Below, in pieces: positions 57,235 to 64,000 of a stretch of 64,000 nt of DNA. The notes beneath the pieces were generated by a model. The model did not search any database. It was given only the letters and a program-made list of their open reading frames with translations, and was not told where the DNA came from. Both the position numbers and the translations under genes were made by a program. Every line of letters starts with the position of its first letter. Position 1 is the first letter of the stretch. Source of the stretch: Polyangiales bacterium. GTDB lineage: Bacteria; Myxococcota_A; Polyangia; Polyangiales; Ga0077539. The stretch spans positions 1-64,000 of the forward strand of contig JBGARZ010000016.1 in the NCBI GenBank assembly GCA_044229975.1. Reading direction: 5' to 3'.

Positions 57235-60200
57235 CTACTCATGGTGCTCGTCGCCCTCGGTGACCGGGTTTTCTTCCTCCTGCTGGATCAGCGACCGGCC
57301 CTCGGCGAGCGCGCCGAAGATGTAATAGAGGCCGGGGATCACCAGCACGCCGAAGATCGTTCCGAAGAGCATGCCGCCAAGCGCCGATGCGCCGATGGTG
57401 CGGTTGCCCACTGCTCCGGGGCCCGTCGCGCGCACCAGCGGGATGAGCCCCGCGATGAAGGCAAACGACGTCATCAGGATGGGCCGGAAGCGCGCCTTGG
57501 CGCCGTCGATGGCGGCGTCTCGTACCGACATGCCCTTGTGGTGCTTCTGCACCGCGTACTCGACGATGAGCACCGCGTTCTTCCCGAGCAGGCCGACGAG
57601 CATCACGAGCCCGACCTGCGCGTAGATGTCATTGGCGAGGCCGAGCACCTTCAGCATGAAGATGGAGCCGAAGATTCCCACCGGGAGCGACAGCACCACC
57701 GCGAAGGGGAGGATGAAGCTCTCGTACTGCGCGGCGAGCACCAGGTACACGAACGCCAGCACCACGATGAAGATGTAGATGGCCTCGTTGCCGCGTCGCG
57801 ACTCGTCGAAGGAGAGGCCCTCCCACGCGATGTCGTAGCCGCGCGGCAGCGTGCGGGCTGCGACCTCGCGGATGGCGCGGATGGCGTCGCCGCTGGTGTA
57901 GCCGCGCGCGGGCACGCCGCGGATGGCGGACGAGTTGTAGAGGTTGTAGCGGGTGATCTCGTTGGGGCCGTGCGTCTCGCGCATCGTCATGAACGCCGAG
58001 TACGGGACCATCTGGTCGTGATCGTTTTTCACGAACAGGTTCATGATGTCGGAGGGCTGGCGCCGAAACTCGGGGCGCGCCTGCACGTACACCTTGTAGA
58101 AGCGCCCGAAGCGGACGAAGCCCTGCTCGTAGGTGCTGCCGATGAGGATGTCGAGGTTGTCGAGCGCGCGTCGGATGGACACGCCCTTCTGCATCGCGAG
58201 CTGGTTGTCGATGAGCAGCTCGTACTGGGGATAGTTGGCCGCGAAGAAGGTGAAGAGCCCGGAGAGCTCGGGGCGTCGCTCCAGGTTCTCCATGAACTCG
58301 CGGTTGACGCGGTCGAACTCGTTGTAGTCGGTGGTCTCGCTCGTATCGAGCAGGCGCAGCGCGAAGCCGTCGGCCGCGCCGTAGCCCGGCACCGACGGCG
58401 GCTCGAAGAACTCCACCCGCGCGCCGAGGTCGTGCGTGTGCTCCTCCAGCTCTTCGATCACCTGGCGCACCGAGTGGTGCCGGTGTGACCACGGCCGGAG
58501 GTTGATGAGACACGTCCCGGCGTTGGAGCCGCGGCCCTCGGTGAGGATCTCGTAGCCCGCGAGCGACGACACCGACTCGACCCCGTCGATGTGCCGCGCG
58601 ATCTCCTGCAGCTCGCGCGACATGTGGTTGGTGCGCTCCAGCGTCGTGCCGGGCGGCGTCTGGATGATGGCGTAGATCTGTCCCTGGTCTTCGTTGGGGA
58701 TGAAGCCCGCGGGCAGGCGCTTGTTGACCGCGAAGGTTCCGATCGAGAAGAGGGCGAGGACCGCGAACGTGACCGTGCGGCGCGTGACGATGCGCCCGAG
58801 GAAGAGCACGTACTTGTTGGTGGCGGTGTCGAAGACCCGGTTGAAGAGGTCGATGAACATCCCCACCGGCGTGCGCCGCTTGTGGCTGTGGTCGTGCCTC
58901 CGGAGGATGATCGCGCAGAGCACCGGCGTGAGCGTCAGGGCGACCACGCCGGAGAGCACGATGGCCGACGCCATGGTGATGGAGAACTGCCGATAGAAGA
59001 CGCCCACCGGGCCGGTCATGAAGGCCACCGGGACGAACACCGCGGCCATGAGCAGCGTGATGGCGATGATGGCGCCGCTGATCTCGCCGATGACCTTCTT
59101 CACGGCGTCGTAGGGGGTGAGGTTTGGCTCCTCGGCCATCTTCGCGTGCACGGCCTCGACGACCACGATGGCGTCGTCGACGACGATGCCGATGGCGAGC
59201 ACCAGCGCGAAGAGCGTGATGAGGTTGATGGTCAGGTCGAAGGCCTGCATGAAGATGAACGAGCCGATGAGGGACACCGGCACGGCGAGCGTCGGGATGA
59301 GCGTCGAGCGCCAGTCGCCGAGGAAGAGAAACACCACCAGCGCCACGAGGATGAAGGCCTCGAAGAGCGTGTGGGTGACCTTCTCGATGGACGCGCTGAG
59401 GAAGCTCGAGACGTCGTAGTTGATCGAGTAGTGCATGTGCGGCGGGAAGCGCGTGCGCTGGAGCTCATCCAGCCGGGCCTTCACGTCGGCGATGACGCGC
59501 GTGGCGTTGCTGCCGGGCGTCTGCTTGAGCACGATGGCCGCCGAAGGGTGGCCGTCGAGGTTGGAGTAGATGTCGAAGAACTCACTGCCGAGCGCCACGT
59601 CGGCGACGTCGCGCAGCCGGAGGATCTCTCCCTGCGGCGTCGAGCGGATGATGATGTTGGCGTACTGCTCGGGCCGGTCGTAGCGCCCCTGGTAGGTGAG
59701 CACGTACTCCAGTGATTGTGAGGTCATGCCGGTGGCGCTGCCGGTGCGGCCCGGTCGCCCGATGACGCTCTGCTCGCTGATGGCGTGCATCACCTCCTCG
59801 GTCGAGACGTTGTAGGCGCGCATGCGGTCGGGCTTGAGCCAGACGCGCATCGCGAAGTTGCGGTTGCCGAGGATGGTGGCGCGGCCGATGCCGGAGATGC
59901 GTTGCAGCTCCGGGATGATGTTCACGTTGGCGTAGTTGTAGAGGAAGGTCTCGTTGGCGTTGGGGTCGGTGCTGTACAGGTTCACGTACATCAGCATCGA
60001 GGGCTGCACGCGCGCGACGACGATGCCCTCCAGCCGCACGAGCTCGGGGATGAGGCTCGACACCTGGTCGATGCGGTTCTTGACGTTGACCACCGCGAGG
60101 TCGGCGTCGGTGCCCGGCTCGAACACCACCTGGATGGTCGCCTCGCCCGCGCTCGTCGCGTCGGAGATGAGGTAGCGCATCCCTGGGACGCCGTTGATGG

Positions 60201-60402
60201 CGCGCTCCAGGGGAATGAGCGTCGAGTCGATGAGCACCGCGGCGCTCGCGCCCGGGTAGGCGAGCGTCACGGAGACCAGTGGCGGGGCGATCTCGGGAAA
60301 CTGCGAGATGGGGCGGTTCTTGATGGCGAGCGCGCCGAGGAAGAGCAGCACCAGCGACACGACGATCGCGAGCACCGGGCGATGAATGAATCGTTTGATC
60401 AT
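57235..60402 (-). CDS. HAE1/AcrB-family RND permease
   Basis: FI.RPV.A, YPGASA, GIVVDDAIVVVE, KNAVLIVE and RFRPILMTS. Confidence 0.95.
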   Translation of the reverse strand: MIKRFIHRPVLAIVVSLVLLFLGALAIKNRPISQFPEIAPPLVSVTLAYPGASAAVLIDSTLIPLERAINGVPGMRYLISDATSAGEATIQVVFEPGTDADLAVVNVKNRIDQVSSLIPELVRLEGIVVARVQPSMLMYVNLYSTDPNANETFLYNYANVNIIPELQRISGIGRATILGNRNFAMRVWLKPDRMRAYNVSTEEVMHAISEQSVIGRPGRTGSATGMTSQSLEYVLTYQGRYDRPEQYANIIIRSTPQGEILRLRDVADVALGSEFFDIYSNLDGHPSAAIVLKQTPGSNATRVIADVKARLDELQRTRFPPHMHYSINYDVSSFLSASIEKVTHTLFEAFILVALVVFLFLGDWRSTLIPTLAVPVSLIGSFIFMQAFDLTINLITLFALVLAIGIVVDDAIVVVEAVHAKMAEEPNLTPYDAVKKVIGEISGAIIAITLLMAAVFVPVAFMTGPVGVFYRQFSITMASAIVLSGVVALTLTPVLCAIILRRHDHSHKRRTPVGMFIDLFNRVFDTATNKYVLFLGRIVTRRTVTFAVLALFSIGTFAVNKRLPAGFIPNEDQGQIYAIIQTPPGTTLERTNHMSRELQEIARHIDGVESVSSLAGYEILTEGRGSNAGTCLINLRPWSHRHHSVRQVIEELEEHTHDLGARVEFFEPPSVPGYGAADGFALRLLDTSETTDYNEFDRVNREFMENLERRPELSGLFTFFAANYPQYELLIDNQLAMQKGVSIRRALDNLDILIGSTYEQGFVRFGRFYKVYVQARPEFRRQPSDIMNLFVKNDHDQMVPYSAFMTMRETHGPNEITRYNLYNSSAIRGVPARGYTSGDAIRAIREVAARTLPRGYDIAWEGLSFDESRRGNEAIYIFIVVLAFVYLVLAAQYESFILPFAVVLSLPVGIFGSIFMLKVLGLANDIYAQVGLVMLVGLLGKNAVLIVEYAVQKHHKGMSVRDAAIDGAKARFRPILMTSFAFIAGLIPLVRATGPGAVGNRTIGASALGGMLFGTIFGVLVIPGLYYIFGALAEGRSLIQQEEENPVTEGDEHHE

Positions 60403-60563
60403 TCGAGTCGGTCCATGGGGTGGGGTGCCGTCACCGGACGGCGGTCGGCGGGTGGCAAGCGGGCCGTAGACGGGACGACGGGGGAGGGTGGTTCCCGCTC
60501 GTCGACGATTGGAGAGACTTTTCGTCCGGTGGCCGTGGAGCCGGTGCGCTATGCACTCCGCTG

Positions 60564-62036
60564 ATGCGACTCGGCTTCGACAACACCTATGCCCGACTGC
60601 CCGCCCGCTTCTCCGCGCGGGTGCTCCCGACGAAGGTTCCTGCGCCTCGCGTGGTGAGGGTCAACCGCGGGCTCGCCGAGCTCCTCGGCCTCGACCCCGA
60701 CGCGCTCGCGTCGCCCGAAGGCGCGCAGATGCTCGCGGGCAACACCGTGCCCGAAGACGCCGACGCCATCGCGCTCGCCTACGCGGGTCACCAGTTCGGG
60801 GGCTTCTCTCCGCAGCTCGGTGATGGTCGCGCCATCCTGCTCGGCGAGATCGTCGGACGCGACGGGCGACGCCGCGACGTGCAGCTCAAGGGCGCGGGGC
60901 GCACGCCCTTCTCGCGCGGCGGCGACGGTCGCGCGGCGCTGGGGCCCGTGCTGCGCGAGTACGTGGTGAGCGAGGCGATGGCGGCGCTCGGCGTGCCGAC
61001 CACGCGCGCCCTCGCGGCGGTGACGACGGGCGCGGTCGTGGCTCGCGACGAGATGCTCCCGGGCGCGGTGCTGACCCGCGTGGCGGCGAGTCACATTCGC
61101 GTGGGGACGTTTGAGTTCTTCTCCGCGCGCGACGACCGCGATGCGCTCGTCACGCTCGCGAGCTACGCCCTCAAGCGCCACTACCCCGACGCCGTCGGGA
61201 GCGACAACGACGCCTCGGCGCTCATCGCGCGTGTGGTCGCAGCGCAGGCCGAGCTCATCGCCCGCTGGCTCGGCGTGGGCTTCGTGCACGGCGTGATGAA
61301 CACCGACAACACCTCCGTCTCCGGCGAGACCATCGACTACGGTCCCTGCGCCTTCCTCGACGAGTACGACCCGAAGAAGAAGTTCAGCTCCATCGATCGC
61401 GGCGGTCGCTACGCCTTCGCCAACCAGCCCCCCATCGCGCAATGGAACCTCGCGCGCCTCGCCGAGTCCCTCCTTCCGCTGCTGGCCGATGACGAGGAGC
61501 GCGCCGTCACCCTCGCGACCGAGCGCCTCGACCGCTTCCCCGAGCTCTTCAGCGCCGCGTACGGCCGCGTGATGCGCGCCAAGCTCGGTCTCACCCGCGA
61601 CGAGCCCGGTGACCTCAAGCTCGTCGCCGACCTCCAGGGGCGCATGGCCGCCAACGCCGTCGACTACACGGTGTTCTTTCGCGCGCTGTGTGACGCGGCG
61701 GCGACCGAAGACGCTGATGCCAGGGTGGCCGCGCTCTTCACCGAGCCCGGCGCCTTCCACGAATGGGCCGTCGCGTGGCGTCACCGTCTGTCGGCCGAGG
61801 ACGTTGCTCCCGCCGAGCGAGCGGAGGCGATGCGGCGGTCCAACCCGGCGCTCATTCCGCGCAACCATCGGGTCGAAGAGGCCATCGAGGCCGCCATCCG
61901 CCGCGACGACTTCGGGCCCTTCGAGACGCTGGTGCGCGCGGTGGAGCGGCCCTTCGACGACGTGCCGGAGTTCGATCACCTGCGCGAGCCCCCGACGCCC
62001 GACGAGCGCGTCACCGCGACCTTCTGCGGGACGTAG
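60564..62036 (+). CDS. ydiU: Protein adenylyltransferase SelO/YdiU
   Basis: YAGHQFG, LGDGRA, QLKGAG.TPFSR.GDGRA, HGVMNTDN, IDYGP and C-terminal TFCGT. Confidence 0.95.
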   Translation: MRLGFDNTYARLPARFSARVLPTKVPAPRVVRVNRGLAELLGLDPDALASPEGAQMLAGNTVPEDADAIALAYAGHQFGGFSPQLGDGRAILLGEIVGRDGRRRDVQLKGAGRTPFSRGGDGRAALGPVLREYVVSEAMAALGVPTTRALAAVTTGAVVARDEMLPGAVLTRVAASHIRVGTFEFFSARDDRDALVTLASYALKRHYPDAVGSDNDASALIARVVAAQAELIARWLGVGFVHGVMNTDNTSVSGETIDYGPCAFLDEYDPKKKFSSIDRGGRYAFANQPPIAQWNLARLAESLLPLLADDEERAVTLATERLDRFPELFSAAYGRVMRAKLGLTRDEPGDLKLVADLQGRMAANAVDYTVFFRALCDAAATEDADARVAALFTEPGAFHEWAVAWRHRLSAEDVAPAERAEAMRRSNPALIPRNHRVEEAIEAAIRRDDFGPFETLVRAVERPFDDVPEFDHLREPPTPDERVTATFCGT

Positions 62037-62123
62037 GTCGGCGCGAGAGCTTCACGACGACTCCACCGATCGCTGACGCAACTGTCGCGAGGTCGTGACG
62101 GACGCCACCTACAAACGACGGCG

Positions 62124-62822
<699 letters not shown>

Positions 62823-62831
62823 GGCCGGGTC

Positions 62832-62865
62832 GTGTCCCAAGTTGAAGCCAGGTGTCCCAAGTTGA
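62832..62865 (+). repeat. 14-bp direct repeat GTGTCCCAAGTTGA x2 with 20-bp period
   Basis: Copies at 62832-62845 and 62852-62865. Confidence 0.8.
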
Positions 62866-62872
62866 GAACCCG

Positions 62873-63117
62873 CGTCGCTCACGCCGGAGTTCACCGTGCC
62901 GTCCTCGCGCTCACCGCGTCCGGTTCACTCCACGGCTATTTCACGCGGATCGCCCCGCTTGAAGCGGGGCTCCGTGAATCCGATCGGGGGCCACCAATCA
63001 TCGCATGACGAGCCACTGAGCCCCGCTTCAAGCGGGGCGATCCGCGTGAAATAGCCGTGGAGTGAACCGGACGCGGTGAGCGCGAGGACGGCACGGTGAA
63101 CTCCGGCGTGCGCGACG
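62873..63117. repeat. Long palindromic element: 100-bp inverted arms (62873-62972, 63018-63117) around a 45-bp spacer
   Basis: The arms are reverse complements with 1 mismatch. Each arm has an inner GCCCCGCTTGAAGCGGGGC-type hairpin. Confidence 0.95.
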
Positions 63118-63225
63118 GCAAGGTGCTCGGCCGCATGAGCCGCTACCACAGCCGCTCGTACTGGCTCGACGTGGTGCGCGAACATCTGCCGTCAGCGCCG
63201 GTGACCTGAAGGTACGATCCGCGCC

Positions 63226-64000
63226 ATGGCCTCGCGTCCCAGCGCCCTCCCGATGCTCGCGCTGCTCCTCGTCGCCTCCTGCGACGACGGGACGCGACGC
63301 ACCGAGGACGGCGGCCGCGTCGACGTCCAAACGCCACCGCCACCCGACCCCCGCCTCTGGATCGACTGCCGCCCCGGTCAGCAGCGCTGCTACCAGAACA
63401 TCCATCAGCGCTGCCTCGCCGCGGGAGAGTTCACGCAGGTCGAAGAAGACGCCTGCGCGCCGCGCGGCCTCGTCTGCGCCGACCCACTCTGGTGCGTCGC
63501 CTGCCAACCCGGCTCGCTGCGCTGCACCGACAACTCGCTCAGCGTCGAGCGCTGCCGCGCCGACGGCTCGGGCTACGACCCCGAGCGCGACTGCGACCGG
63601 ACGCGCGGTGAGGCGTGCCGCGCCGGGCGCTGCGTGCACCTCTGCACCGACGACTCGGTGGTGAACACCAACGTCGGCTGCGAGTACTACGGCGTCGACC
63701 TCGACAACATCGTCGAGACGGCCGGCCGCTCGGCCGCCTCGCAGCAGTACGCCATCGTGGTGTCCAACCCCGACCCGGCGCTCACCGTGCGGGTCGAGGT
63801 GTCGCGCAACAACGCCGCGCCGGGCGCTCCCCCGTCGCTGGAAGTGCTGGAGACGCGGGTCATCCCGCCGCGCGACCTGGAGGTGTTCGAGCTGCCCGCG
63901 CGCGAGGTCGACTGCTCCACCGTCGCGGGCCTCAACGACGGAACCGGCACCTGCCTCTCCTCGCGCGCCTACCGCGTGAGCACCGACTTCCCCGTGGTGG
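63226..64000 (+). CDS. Cys-rich lipoprotein with IgGFc-binding-protein N-terminal-like domain, partial at window edge
   Basis: MASRPSALPMLALLLVASC lipobox, Cys repeats, NVGCEYYGVDLDN, YAIVVSN and AYRVSTDFPVV. Open to the window end, so absent from the ORF track. Confidence 0.8.
   Translation, partial: MASRPSALPMLALLLVASCDDGTRRTEDGGRVDVQTPPPPDPRLWIDCRPGQQRCYQNIHQRCLAAGEFTQVEEDACAPRGLVCADPLWCVACQPGSLRCTDNSLSVERCRADGSGYDPERDCDRTRGEACRAGRCVHLCTDDSVVNTNVGCEYYGVDLDNIVETAGRSAASQQYAIVVSNPDPALTVRVEVSRNNAAPGAPPSLEVLETRVIPPRDLEVFELPAREVDCSTVAGLNDGTGTCLSSRAYRVSTDFPVV

Noticed and set aside
60564..62036. Selenocysteine recoding in SelO
   Set aside because: The gene ends TFCGT followed by TAG, with no in-frame TGA.

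Overview
High-GC bacterial DNA, probably Myxococcota (Polyangia-like). This is inferred from the Cys-rich lipoproteins with Asp/Ala-rich linkers, the RedB-like gene and the IgGFc-binding-type lipoprotein. The window holds about 42 genes and no recognisable rRNA, tRNA, CRISPR array or transposase. From left to right: (1) a radical SAM enzyme, a GT2 glycosyltransferase, an unusual His-less/Zn-less SIR2-fold protein coupled to a polytopic GT-C-like membrane protein, and Cys-rich lipoproteins; (2) a CzcCBA-like RND pump; (3) the best candidate for a new system, 13.4-20.9 kb: a KAS III/FabH-fold enzyme with Asn at the usual catalytic Cys position, a ThDP-dependent carboligase and a soluble hybrid histidine kinase with an AraC-type ligand-binding-like N-terminus, divergent from a flavin-dependent halogenase, resembling a minimal halogenated furanolide/butenolide pathway with its own receptor; (4) a dense two-component/c-di-GMP region that includes a RedB/RedC-like module; (5) an MFS/cupin/LysR set, a CLC-F-type fluoride exporter, MltA, two head-to-head 5'-truncated genes, a sugar-lactone oxidase, a globin-coupled kinase, USP, class II UvrA, a GH5 endoglycoceramidase-like lipoprotein, an HAE1 RND pump, SelO/YdiU and an OmpR-type regulator. 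Non-coding structure includes two long near-perfect palindromes (130 bp and 100 bp arms) sharing an ungapped core, a shorter REP-like doublet inside an efflux operon, and a second dispersed short repeat. All protein calls come from motif reading by eye; no database searches were run.
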